This document shows positions 1 through 11,522 of a DNA stretch of 64,000 nt, piece after piece. Origin of the DNA: Squalus acanthias (Eukaryota); NCBI GenBank assembly GCA_030390025.1, contig CM059432.1:38318001-38382000 (forward strand). Reading direction: 5' to 3'. The notes under the pieces were generated by a model. It was not told where the DNA came from. It saw only the letters and a program-made list of their open reading frames with translations, and ran no database searches. A program made the translations under genes and the position numbers. Position 1 is the first letter of the stretch; every line of letters begins with the position of its first letter.

Positions 1-862
1 ATGGAAATATATTTTCTCATAAAATATGTGTGAATGTACACCTAAATATACAATGAGGTAAAATATCTGTGAATAACTGTACTTAACTGTACACTGGTTT
101 CATAAAATATGTGAATGCTCACCTATATGTATGATAGCTTCATAAAATGTGAATATACATTCATGAGAATCCAATAAAAAAAGTAAAAGATAAGTTGGGT
201 ACCATGACAATTTTACCTAGCAGAATTCATTAGTGGCTTCGTTAATGAGGTGCTCATATAATTGGTCCCCAGTGAGTTTGAAGTAGCTCAGCCACTTGCT
301 ATAGCCATGCTGTCTTGAATAGTAGTGTTGCTCCTTCTAATGTATTTTGCTCCGTTCCATTCTGGACCTCTGCCAATTCACTCCATTAACTTAACACCAC
401 CTATCTAACAGCTGTCATTAGTGCAATATATGCTAGAAGACAAATTTTCACGTTCATCTTTAATTGGCATTTAATAACCCCTTAACAAGCTGAAAAAACA
501 TGAACGTAAGCACCTTCTATTACTCTGGATTATTCCCCAGAGAAATTTTAAGAGTATGGGCAAAAATGTACAACACTGTATTAACGCTAATGCATCAAAT
601 TACCACACATTAATACACAGTTAACAGATGTGTTCGCTCGAGCATACAGAGCAACCTTGCCCTTTCATTCTCTCCCCCCTCCAACCTCCCCCACTACACT
701 GTCATAACCAATTGTTATGATTGAAGCTTCTTCAGGTACTTTTTCCTTATGCCCAACACAAAAGTCAGCTTCCATAGGCAAATGTTCTCTCTCCTTATGA
801 ACTGAAGCATAACCATCAGAGAAGAGTAATCTGGAAAAGCATGCCCCAAATTAACAAGACAA

Positions 863-1571
863 GAAATAACAACAGAAAACGCTGGAAAAACTCAGCGGGC
901 CAGACAACATCCGTGGAGAGAGAAAGAGTTAACGTTTCAGGTCGATGACCTTTCGTCAGAACTGGGAAGAGCCGGAAATCAAATAGATTTAAGGCCAGCG
1001 AAAAGCTGGGAAAAGGGGGAGGGGATAAAGGAACAAAGGGGGAGATGAAGAGACATTAAGAGACATTAAGAGATATGCAAGGCTAGAGGTGGTGTTAATG
1101 TGACAGGCACGCTACAGCCCTCTGGACTCAATATCGAGATCAACAATTTTAGATCATAACCTCAGCTCCAATCACATTTATATTTTATTTTTTCCACCCT
1201 TTTATTTGCCCCCCCCACCTTTTTTTTTTCCTCCTAGAAGCTGGCAGCTGTCCTTCATTCTGCCAGTGGATTTCACACTTCTTTCAGCCTTAATCTGTCA
1301 CATTAACACCACCTCTAGCCTTGCATATCTCTTAATGTCTCTTAATGTCTCTTCATCTCCCCCTTTGTTCCTTTATCCCCTCCCCCTTTTCCCAGCTTTT
1401 CCCTGGCCTTAAATCTATTTGATTTCGGGCTCTTCCCAGTTCTGACGAAAGGTCATCGACCTGAAACGTTAACTCTTTCTCTCTCCACGGATGTTGTCTG
1501 GCCCGCTGAGTTTTTCCAGCGTTTTCTGTTGTTATTTCGGATTTCCAGCATCCGCAGTATTTTGCTATCGT
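863..1571 (+). mobile_element. Short Penelope-like element with inverted 5' pseudo-LTR
   Basis: 864-1106 is an inverted copy of ~1296-1538. Flanking duplication ATTAACAAGACAAGA at 850-864 and 1572-1586. Contains the end of a GIY-YIG ORF and hammerhead motifs. Confidence 0.85.
1438..1474 (+). ncRNA. Minimal hammerhead ribozyme (inverted twin at 927-963, minus)
   Basis: AGTT-CTGACGA-AAGGTCATCGACCT-GAAA-CGTT-AACT. Confidence 0.75.
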
Positions 1572-1586
1572 ATTAACAAGACAAGA

Positions 1587-2250
1587 GTTCCTCCGCGACA
1601 CCCTGGCCCACTCCTCTATCACCCCCAACACCCCCTCCTGTTCCCACGGCACTTTCCCGTGAAATGCAACACCTGCCCTTTTACCTCCTCCTTTTCCACC
1701 GTCCAGGGCCCCAAACACTCCGTCCAGGTTAAACAGCGATGTACTTGTACTTCTTGCAATTTAGTATACTGTATTCGCTGCTCACGGTGAGGTCTCCTCT
1801 ACACTGGGGAGGCCAAACACAGATTGGGTGACCGCTTTGCGGAACACCTCCGTTCAGTCCGCAAGCGTGACCCCGAGCTTCCGGTCGCCTGTCACTTTAA
1901 TTCTCCGCTCCACTCCCACTCTGATCTCTCTGTCGTCAGCCTCCTACACTGTTCCAATGAAGCTCAACGTAAGCTCGAGGAACAGCACCTCATCTTTCCA
2001 TTAGGCACTTTACAGCCTTCTGGAGTCAATATCGGGTTGAACAATTTCAGATCATAACCTCGGCCCCCATTTTTTCAGACAGCAGCTGTTCATGATTCTG
2101 CTATTCCCATTTACACCTCTTCTAAACCCATCTTTTTTTTATTTACTTGTCCCATTACCATCTCCTTTTGCGTTGCACCATCATCCCTTTTGACATTTAA
2201 TCTCTCCTGCCTTCCACCCTATCATAGACCTTCCCTTTTGTTCTTTCCTC
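1587..2250 (+). mobile_element. Penelope-like element 3' part (GIY-YIG remnant), split by the provirus; continues at 14992-15145
   Basis: CTSCNLVYCIRC...GDRFAEHLRSV...GTLQPSGVN. Sequence resumes after the provirus and matches the uninterrupted paralogue at ~15330-15700 (minus). Confidence 0.9.
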
Positions 2251-3916
2251 TGTAAGGGTTTCTGAACCTGTGGGATTCGTGTGGCTCTGTGCAGCCTGGA
2301 TGCTAGTGCGGGTTTAGGCCTTGTTGCCTGTTCTGGTCTCCAGCCAGTCTGGGAGCACTAGACACCTGTGAGTGGTTCGACCCACTCGCCCTTACGGTTC
2401 TGACACTGGACTTAGATGCGAGAGCAGTAATGGAGAGAAAACTCAGGTAGACCCGGTTGAATGGTACGAAATGGAAAATCTTTATTGCATATTATTCAAG
2501 ATTACGAAATACATGTCATAAGCACAGATTAATGACAGTACAATCTTACACGCAGTTATGTAACTAATTTCAGGGAAACGAGGAATGAACGACACATCGT
2601 AAATGGGGGCACACATTACAATTATCCTTAAAAAACTTAAACCCTCCCCTATCAATACCTGCTCTAAACTAGACTTGTAGGATCGAGACTCATGCTCACC
2701 ACTCGTGATAACTCGGAGAATTCCGAAAACTCTGATCGGATGTTTTTCACCGCAGCACCTGATCACCCACGTGTTGATCAGGGGTCTCTGTACCCCACTT
2801 GTTTACTCGTTTCTGCTCCGGCTAGCAGGCTGGACCGTCTGCTGTCATGAAGATCTGTGTTGTCCTCGGAGTTCCGACACGACTCGAAAAATAGTCTTCC
2901 TGTGCCCTCACACCGGTTCGATAAAATTCGAAGAATAGTCTTCCGATGCCAGTTCTGTAAAACTCAAAGGTGGTCTTCCTGGGCAAGGAAAGTGTCTATA
3001 CGACCTACAGGCGCGTCCGGAGCTTACTGACCGTGGCGATACGTATGGTCTTCTTCTCTTCTCATCTCATCTCATCTCATCTCATCTCATCTCGGGCCTT
3101 CGGTTCCAACACCGTTTACCGACTTCTCGGGATGGTGCGCCCGTTTCAAGGCTTCACAGCCCGGTTCCACACAGATCTTCGCGGCAAGCCACGAGGCAGA
3201 TCCTGGCGGATCGTAAAGTTCAACAGTCTTTCAAGCTGCAAGAGGCAGAGACACGAGGCAAGCGGCAAGAGGCAGGAGAATAAGAGAAAGATGGACGGTT
3301 GTAGCTTGCAGTTATAGTGCAAAACTCTTCCTTTCCCGCCCAACCTTAATGTCTTTTCTTTTGTTAGGGTTTGGCGCTCAAATTTCTTGTATAGGGTGAT
3401 CTCCGTTTTAATGGGTTTCGGGGATATTCGTAACTGTCTGAGTACCTGTTAATACTTCTCCCATTGTGTAATCGGTCGGTATTCTCCCTGGAGGGGTTTT
3501 GGGGCTTCCAAATGTTCTCTGTAACTACCCGCTAACGGCTCTCTCATCGTAGAGTCGTGGGGATTTTGCATATTAATGTCTTTGGATGGGTTCTTGATCA
3601 CTTGGTACAATAGCCCTTATTCGCACCTGGGAGACCGATTTCAGTATTTATGTGTATACTGCAAACCCATGATGTCTCGTGTATTATCTTAAATGTACTG
3701 AGTCTTGATCGATCTCGCACAAATGTTTATTGGAACGCCATCTTGTCTGCTTGTCGAAAAGTCTAGAATGTTCTGCCACGAGGCGTGGCGGCCATTTTAC
3801 AGGCTGCTTGTGTCCACTTTGAAAACCTGACAGCATTCTGCTGAAATAAAGCTGTTTGAACGAAACTATGTGTTTTCTCCTTATTTATAAAATCGTGATA
3901 TATTGCGAATTCTACA
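2251..3916 (-). repeat. 3' LTR (1666 bp)
   Basis: Copy of 13333-14987; preceded on minus by purine-rich ACAGGAGGGAC. Confidence 0.95.
2481..2486 (-). terminator. Candidate poly(A) signal AATAAA in 3' LTR
   Basis: Plus strand TTTATT, 230 bp from the LTR end; copy at 13557-13562. Confidence 0.55.
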
Positions 3917-3928
3917 GTCCCTCCTGTT
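3917..3928 (-). promoter_or_regulatory. Polypurine tract (short)
   Basis: Minus strand AACAGGAGGGAC immediately before the TG of the 3' LTR. Confidence 0.65.
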
Positions 3929-4371
3929 GATGCGAATAACTCCGCTTATCGTATCAAAAATATTGTGGTGAGCAATATTATCTCGATTTCTCCAGATCTA
4001 GAAAATTAATCCCCATAACTTAAACTATCTAGGGTCTTTGCGTCGTCCTTATTTCCCAGGAAAAATCACATTCTTATAACACTGCAGGCATTATTTGCCT
4101 TTAAACTTACACCACTTGTTTTCCTTCCAGGCGTAACCAGGCCGATGCCTCTCGTATCACCTGTATATTCACTTTTTTTTTTATTTAGGGAAAGGAAAAA
4201 CAAAACAAAACCAAACAATCATCTTCAACAACAACACCATCACCAAAAATAATCAAAACCAACTCTTAAACATGTCGAGTTCCAAACGTAATTACAGTTT
4301 CTGAAAAAATCACGATCGATTACAACACTTCCGAGGCGCACGTGGCAAACGGGAGTGATGTCATTTTCCGA

Positions 4372-6883
4372 TTACACGGTGCTTTCGTCGTGCACGCGCA
4401 CATAACGTTCTCGCCACTCTCCCGTGTTTTCGTTCTTGGTGAGGCGTTTGCCTCTCTTACAATGTACGACCAATAAGTATACCACAATAAACACTTGGCA
4501 TACAACTAAAATGTGGGAGGCTATTCTAATCCAGGACGGCACTTCAATGTTGGTGAACAGATTCCACCACGGTGGAATTACTATGTCCAGAATGTCTGTC
4601 CCTATTTCGACAGTTTTCTGCTCTAGTGTGTAAAAATGTTTTTGTGACACCGCGACGGCTTTTAAAAGCTTGGTGAGGTGTTCAGGGAGAGGGGGAATGA
4701 GGTATCCGAAATGCGCGACGAATCGCTGCAGGTCGGTGAAGTTCTCTTTTACGGTGAGATGAACCGTGGATGGTTCAGGGATTGGGACAATTTGCTGTTG
4801 TGCTACTTGAACTTCCGCCCTGGGTTTGAAACAGAAACTGCTGTCACTCACCGGACACCGGCTACGGTTTCCATGCCGGTAGTGTTGCGCTGCAGTGGTA
4901 ACACAATATGTTCCACCCCCGATGTATGCTACCTGCGGAGGCACATGATCTTGTGCCATTGCCTCCATGGTGCAATTCATGGACTTGGCGCCAGCCGTTC
5001 TGAACCCGCACTGTGGTGTATAAAAAGGCATTCAAGTGCTGGGGACACAGTATTATGTGTGCTCCCCTGCCACGACAACCAGAGAGATCTGTACCTGTCA
5101 TCGTTTGCTCCCAGCGGATGACGTAGGGTGGAACCGCTGCATAGCGAATGTGGGCTCCCCCCTGAATGACACCAATGTTCTCTACCCGATACACCGGGGC
5201 GGGCTTTGCTGTGTCGCCCAAAACCGGCATACGTAATACTATACCCATGATAGTATGGTTTGATCATCCGCAGTCCACGGGGACTGGGTATGCTTCTGAA
5301 GCTAGCCTGAGCTGGCACGGGCTTAATGCGTTCTGAAAAGGGTGGAGCGCCCGCAGGTGTTTGTTACTTATCCAGGACGGGACCAAACCTTGTTTTAAAT
5401 CCTCCAAATTACTGCGGCCCTCGCCCAGTAACCACGCCCCGTAAAGCACGCACACCTCGTTCTGCGCAGCTTGATCGGATGCATTCCGATCTTCCCTAAT
5501 CAGGGCATTTACCGTTCTCGCGTGTTTCTCTAGTTCAGCTATTATTTCTTTTAAATGGAGAGTCATGGCTTGGTCCTCGTGTAAACCCAACCCAACCACC
5601 TTATTTTCATCTGTGAGAATGTCTTTTAATTGCGTTTTTAAGCCATTAATCTGGGTCTGCAGCTCCACGCTACCTAGAGCATTGACCACAGATGTACCTG
5701 TGTTGAAAGCAGTGAACGCGTCGTTCACAACACCCCTTCTTTGCCTCCCCACCTGATCAAAGACTTCATGTGGTGCGGTGTACAAACTTGTTTTATCAAT
5801 TTCCGCAAAATCGAATTCGTAAAATTGTCTGAACATCTTGGTCAACAGGACCTGATATAACTGTTCCGTCTTTTTGGGGCACCACTCTGGTAACCGTACC
5901 TCGGTGAGATTTAAAATCACCGAGGCCACCGCGTAATGTACCCCCTGAAATAGTATCTGGTCTGTGGGGACCAGTACCAAACCATTCCCGGGTCCCTTAC
6001 TGGTTTTAGGGCACCCTTCTTCCTTAGCTAGGACCACCGGAATCGTGGGCGGGGCTTTGCGTGGGCACGTAATGAGTTCAGTGGCATTTACTGGGATCGG
6101 GGAGAATGGGGCCCCGCACCCCCTGGTACTCGCATCCCACCTCATCCCCTGTCCGTTATCCTGCCATTGATTAATGAAAAATATGGAGATGCCTTTGGGG
6201 CAAACGTACTTTGACCCCCACATACATACATAGATTCCCTCATCCAGTTCCCACCATTTGTCCCAACAGACTCTCACTTGTCCGTTTGTCCCCGTAATTG
6301 TCCGATGGGTATTATTACCCAGTCGTTCCCACTCGACCGAAGAGTTTCTCATGTTCTTGCTCAGCTTTCGCAGCCACCACCATCGGCTCAATGGGACATT
6401 CCCACTACAAGTCAAACAAATCCGTTTGCCGACGGTGACGCTGATCCTGGGTGCGATGATCCTTACTTTGGGGCACAGTAAAGAAGTCTCTTGGTAGGCA
6501 AACCCCGATGTGCTGGAATACTCCGTTGAGTTCGTTCCCAGCCATCCTGGCCACCTTCCCTTGTGGAAATAGGTGGTGGTCTCCTCTGCCTCCCGTCTTC
6601 CGGTCCCATCCACCGCGATGGGGACCGTGTCCCCGGAACATCCGAACACCACGACATCCTTGGTGCGGCCTCGATAGGCCAATCCACATCCGATTGCCGC
6701 GAGCAATACTAGAATTCGTTCCATCCTTCCTTGGTTCCTGTGATCAGATAGAATGAGGTAGCCAGCCTCGCAAGAGTCTCTGGCTTTTGTGAAGGGTGAG
6801 CGGGTCCCCTGACCTCGCCTCACGTAAGCTTCAATGTTCGCTGGATAAACTTTAACTAATCCTATCTCTAAAACTCCCATCAT
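4372..6883 (-). pseudogene. env: Env, class I F-like fusion glycoprotein with N-terminal Ig-like domain; one stop and one frameshift
   Basis: Signal peptide MERILVLLAAIGCGLA from ATG 6724. Furin site RQRR 5735-5746 followed by a fusion-peptide-like stretch and heptad repeat, a Cys-rich region, and a TM helix at ~4460-4535. ORFs 5264-6883 and 4862-5248 are in frame across TGA 5264-5266. Removing one A from 5022-5026 joins ORF 4372-5031, giving ~783 aa from 6724. Confidence 0.88.
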
Positions 6884-7025
6884 TTTACCTCCTTAAACAA
6901 AATTAAAACTATCGACTTAAACCAATTTAAAACTATAACCTCATTCTTAACCTTAAACTATAAACCTAGAAATTTATCCTAAACTTATAAACTGTACAGC
7001 GCCGCCCGTTCCCAGGGCGGCCCCT

Positions 7026-10000
7026 TTAAATTCTGAAAAGGCTGCCGCGAGCTCTTCCCGACGGTGGGAGGGCATTGACCCCTCCCTTTGATCTGCCGCA
7101 GCCTGTTGCTGCTGCGCTGGGACTGGGCTCTTCCTGGGCTGCCTTAACCTTGAGTCTACGCCTTGGGACAGTCTGGGGACTTGACCATACCTTCCTGGGC
7201 TGGGGTATCCGACCTGACCTACGGAGAGTTACCGGGGGCAGGAATCCCAGGACCGACGGACCGGGTTCCGAGACTTCCACCGTGGCGACCTGTGGTCCTA
7301 CCACAGTCGCTGGCTCCGCCTCCCCTGGCTCCGTCTCCCTGACCTCGGGACTTGCAGCTTGTGGCACCGCCCTGCTCGGCCCAGCAGGCGGCCCTTCACT
7401 CGCAGTCCCTACCTCCCCCGAGGGCGGGACGTTCAAGGCGGGCGGCTCGGGCTCTGAGGCTTCCACCATCACGCCCTGTGGTCCCACAGCGGCTGGCTCC
7501 GCCTCCCCTGGCTCCTCCCCCCTGTGTTCGGGACCTGCAGCTTCGGTTTCCACCCTGTGTGGATCTCTATCTGCAGCCCCTGTCCCCCCTATACCTGAAT
7601 CGGGGGCGACCCTTTCGTCCTCCGATTCCAGCTCTTCCTCGTCACTACCTTCACTATCCTCATCTTCGTCGAGCTCCTCGAACTCTCCCTCATCTGACTC
7701 CCAACCCCACAAAAATGTTTCACAATTTTCCAGGATGTCCCCTTCCCTGATGCAAGCTGCTTTGCCTGCCTGTGTGCCCTGTGGTCCTACCTGGGGCTGC
7801 GAGTCCCCACTCGCAGGTTTTGCCCCTGTGGTTTTCCCTTGTGCACCTGGCTTGTACAGTTTGCACTGGTTTACGTGGAACCACTTAGTGCGCCGAGGTA
7901 CCTTTACGGCGTATACCATGGGACTCGCCTTATCTACAATGTTGTAGGGTCCCATATACAGTGGTTCCAGACTCCCTACTCTGGCGCAGTTTCTGACCAT
8001 GACCTGGTCTCCTACTTCCCACTCCCGCGTTTTGCGGGGTTCCAGCAACAGGCGATTGCCCTGATGCTGCCTTCCCATGTTCCCAGCCGCCTGCTCATAC
8101 ACCTGCTTCAGGCGCTCCAAGAGGGTCTCGGCGAACTTGTCCCTGCTTATCTCTTGGAGCTGACCCTCAGTGAGCACCGGCGCTAGCACATGGGTGGGGG
8201 TTCGCATGATCCTCCCAGTCATCACCTCGTGCGGGGAATACCCCGTACTTTTCGACTGACTGGCCCGGACCCCCATGAGGACTAAAGGCAGAACTTCCGC
8301 CCATTTTTGGGGCGAGTTCCTAGTCTCTTTCCTCAATTTCTCCTTCAGGGTCCGGTTCATGCGTTCAACAATCCCGGATGACTGGGGATTGTGTGCTACG
8401 TGCCATTTCCCTTCAATGCCCAAAAGCATGAGGGTGTTCTGCATCACCTGGCCGGTGAAATGACTCCCTTGGTCTGACTCCACAAAACGGGGGAGTCCCC
8501 ACCGCGAGAACACTTCCCTGACCAAGATTTTTGCAGTACCCAGTGCCGTAGCTGTTCGACAGGGGAAGGCTTCCACCCATTTGGAAAACACATCCACCAA
8601 GACGAGGCAGTATTTATAGCCTCCCTGGGTGGTGGGCAGGGGCCCTATATAGTCGATCTGTATCGACTGCCATGGTCCCTCTACCCTCCTGACGTGCCCC
8701 ATGGGCACTTTCCTTTTCTGGGGGTCTGGGTTGTTTGCAGCGCACACGAGACAGCTTGCACAGAACTCGCGGACCTGTTCCCTGAGCCCCGGCCACCATC
8801 CCGCTTGCTCTACCCGTTGCCAGGTAACCTCGGGCCCGGGGTGCCCTGCCCCTGGTCCCTCGTGAGCCAACTGGAGGAATTCCCTCCTGTGCTGCTGCGG
8901 CACAACCCACTGCTCCTCGCGGTACAGCATGCCTTCCTTAACGGAGAGGGTTGCCGTACTGTACGGACCCTCTACCTGCTTCCCCTCAGCAATGGTTTTG
9001 AGGACCGCTTTTAGGGCGGGATCCTGGTTCTGGACGGTCTTAAGGTCTCGGGGCAATGCTACCCTGGTGTTCCCGGGATTCCCGTCCCTGCCTTGGATCG
9101 CTGCCATGGGTCTGGGCCCATAGGGGTCCCAGAAAATGCCGTTGCGGGCACCTTCCCTGGCTAGCGCATCCGCCTGCTGGTTGCCCTCCCCACGGGGCTC
9201 TGTGGAGGAGTGAGCTTTCACCTTATGGATGAAAATCTCTCCTTCCTCCCCTACTGCTGCTAAGATCTTTTCCAGCAAGGGCTTCACCGTTAAAGGTCGC
9301 CCGTCCGCGGAGGTGTATCCACGGCGGGACCAAATGGCCAGGTATTCCGTACACGAATTGCATGTGAACATACTGTCCGAGCAAATCGTGTATGGGGTTG
9401 GGAAAATGTCTGGGTGGGTAACGACGTACACCACTGCAGACAGCTCAGCCTGCTGCGCGCTCATGGTGCTAGGGAGCTTGATCGCCAGGGCAAGGTTTGC
9501 CGCGGGGTCATAAACTCCACACCTTGTGAGTCGTTCGCCAGCAGATACTGTGCTGGAACCATCAACATAAATCTCGCGCCCAGTGGGATGTATCCTGGCC
9601 CGCAAACCTATGTTGACTTCCCACACCCCTTCCACCGAACACCGGTGGGCTGTACCGGGGTATACCAAATTGGCCGCAAGCCTGGGCTCGCAAAGACCTT
9701 TAACTCTAAGATCCATCTGGGAAAGAAGAAGGGTCCAGCGCGCAATACGCGCGCTGCTTACGGTCCCATCTTTAATCCTCCCATCTAGAAGCATCTTAGT
9801 TGGTGTGTGATGGGTGAGAAGAGTGATGGGAGAGAGCCCTGTGAAGATCGCTGATCTTTTCACAGCTCAATGCGTGGCTAAAAGGTGCCTTTCGCAATTG
9901 GAGAAACTTCTCTCCACATCCGTTAACACCCTGGATGAATAGACAACCGGCCTCAGCTTGCCGTGGCGCTCTTGGAGCAGCACAGCGCTCAAGCTGTCCC

Positions 10001-11522
10001 CGCTGGCAGCTACCTCCAGGAAAAACTCCTTCCCCCCATCTATGGCCCCTAAAGCTGGCGCGGTCTGCAGGTCCCTTTTTAACTTCTCGAAGGCTGCTTG
10101 GCAGCCCTCGTCCCAAGACCACTCCACTCCCTTATGGAGGAGTCGGAGCAGCGGCGCCGCTGTGGCCGCATAGTCTTCGATAAAATCCCTGCAGTAACCG
10201 GTCAGTCCCAAGAAGGACCTCACACCCCTTATGGTGTTGGGAATCGGTAACTCTTGCACCGACTCCCTCCTAGCTTTATCTATGGCTCTTTCCCCAGCGC
10301 GAATGGTCAGCCCCAAGAATTTTACTTCCTGCTGACCGATACGTGCTTTCTTAGGGTTTACTTTAAAACCCTTTCTCACTAGCAGCTCCAATAACTCGTC
10401 CAGCAGTGGTCCATGCTCCTCCCTTGAGTCCGTAAATAGGAGCAAATCATCCACGTACTGCACTATCTGATTGGGCTGACTAAACTCCTTTAAACTTCCT
10501 GCCATACACTGATGGAAAATACTGGGGCTATTGTGGAAACCCTGTGGCAGACAGTTCCATGTGTACTGTTGTCCTTTGAAAGTAAAGGCAAACTTGTACT
10601 GGTCCTCTCGCCGCAGCGGGATGGACCAAAAACCGTTCGAGATATCCAGCACCGTGAACGTGGTCGCGGACGCTGGGATACTCCCTATTAGGTCAGCAAC
10701 TGCTGCTACCGTGGGCGCGCAGGCGGGAATGTTACTGTTAAGGACTCTGTAGTCCACCGTGGCCCTCCACGAATTATCTGGCTTCCTAACCGGCCATAAT
10801 GGGGAGTTCACGTGTGTGGCTATCGGCCTCAACACGCCCTGCTGCACCAAGGAGGACATTGCTGTCTCCATATCGGGTTCTGCTTCTTTGGGGAAGTTAT
10901 ACTGCTTTTGGGGCCGGGTCATGGGGTCCCCATCTACGCTGACCTCAAACCCGGTAACCCTCCCACAATCGTGCTTGTGGGTTGCAAACGCGTGCATATT
11001 ATCTGACACGTACGTTTGCATGTCCGTTGGGACATCCGCGACCATAAGCCCGAGGTCGTAGCCTCCGGAAGGCTTCATGGTACACAGGACCCCTGTTTCT
11101 TCCTCCCCCGGAATTACCACTACCTCGCCGTCTTCACTCTTAGCCCCCCAGAGACAGTGATTTCTGAGGTCCACGAGGATCCCGTGCCCTGATAGGAGAT
11201 CGGACCCGAGGATACCTCTCCCACCCCCCTCCTGCCATTCCATCAGTATGCACTTCCACTTGATGTGGAGTGCTCCTAAACGAATGGATAGCGGAAGGGA
11301 GAATGCGCCAGCCTGTTCTTTTCCCGTGAACCCCGCTAATATGAATGGGACCTTGGTGGATAGCGGTGAGTCAAAAGGGCTATCTGTATGAATCACGGTG
11401 CAAGAAGCTCCCGTGTCCAACAAATAACTACCCTTCTGTTTCTCTACCTCCATTTCCACCAGGGGTCGCTTCCACGCATCATAGCTGAGCGGACACAGGT
11501 AGACGGGCTGCGCGGGCTCTTG
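7026..11522 (-). pseudogene. pol: Pol: protease, RT, degenerate RNase H (tether), RNase H, integrase and ~270-aa acidic/Pro-rich tail; one premature stop
   Basis: LLDTGAS and ILGSD (PR); LPQGFHNSP and YVDD (RT); EVAAS...ERHLLA (tether); YVDGS..AEL..SDS..KAH..GNQQAD (RNase H, ~9146-9572); HHCC, DYIGPLP, SDQGSHF, VERMNRTLK, GPY (IN). ORFs 9867-11459 and 7026-9863 share a frame, split by TGA at 9867-9869 (H*AVKR, probably W). Confidence 0.92.

Noticed and set aside
10..165. Degenerate TCATAAAATATGTGAAT repeats
   Set aside because: Low-complexity AT-rich repeat cut by the window edge.
2374..2383. GGTTCGACCC as a tRNA or Pol III B box
   Set aside because: No cloverleaf or convincing A box; better explained as a hairpin loop.
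3061..3093. CRISPR-like or other prokaryotic repeat array
   Set aside because: Pure microsatellite with no spacers; nothing prokaryotic in the window.
2482..3343. Short ORFs within the LTRs as accessory genes
   Set aside because: Mostly non-ATG starts, no motifs, and one is frameshifted between the LTRs by the microsatellite.
6881..6895. Perfect Shine-Dalgarno-like TAAGGAGGT just before the first env-frame ATG
   Set aside because: Eukaryotic provirus, and the likely start is 6724; treated as chance.
7075..7947. 290-aa antisense ORF opposite the integrase tail
   Set aside because: Non-ATG start; Ser/Gly/Pro composition is the expected shadow of a GC-rich acidic frame.
5264..9869. APOBEC-type hypermutation as the cause of the TGA stops
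   Set aside because: Only two events, many Trp codons intact, and no G-to-A bias between the LTRs.
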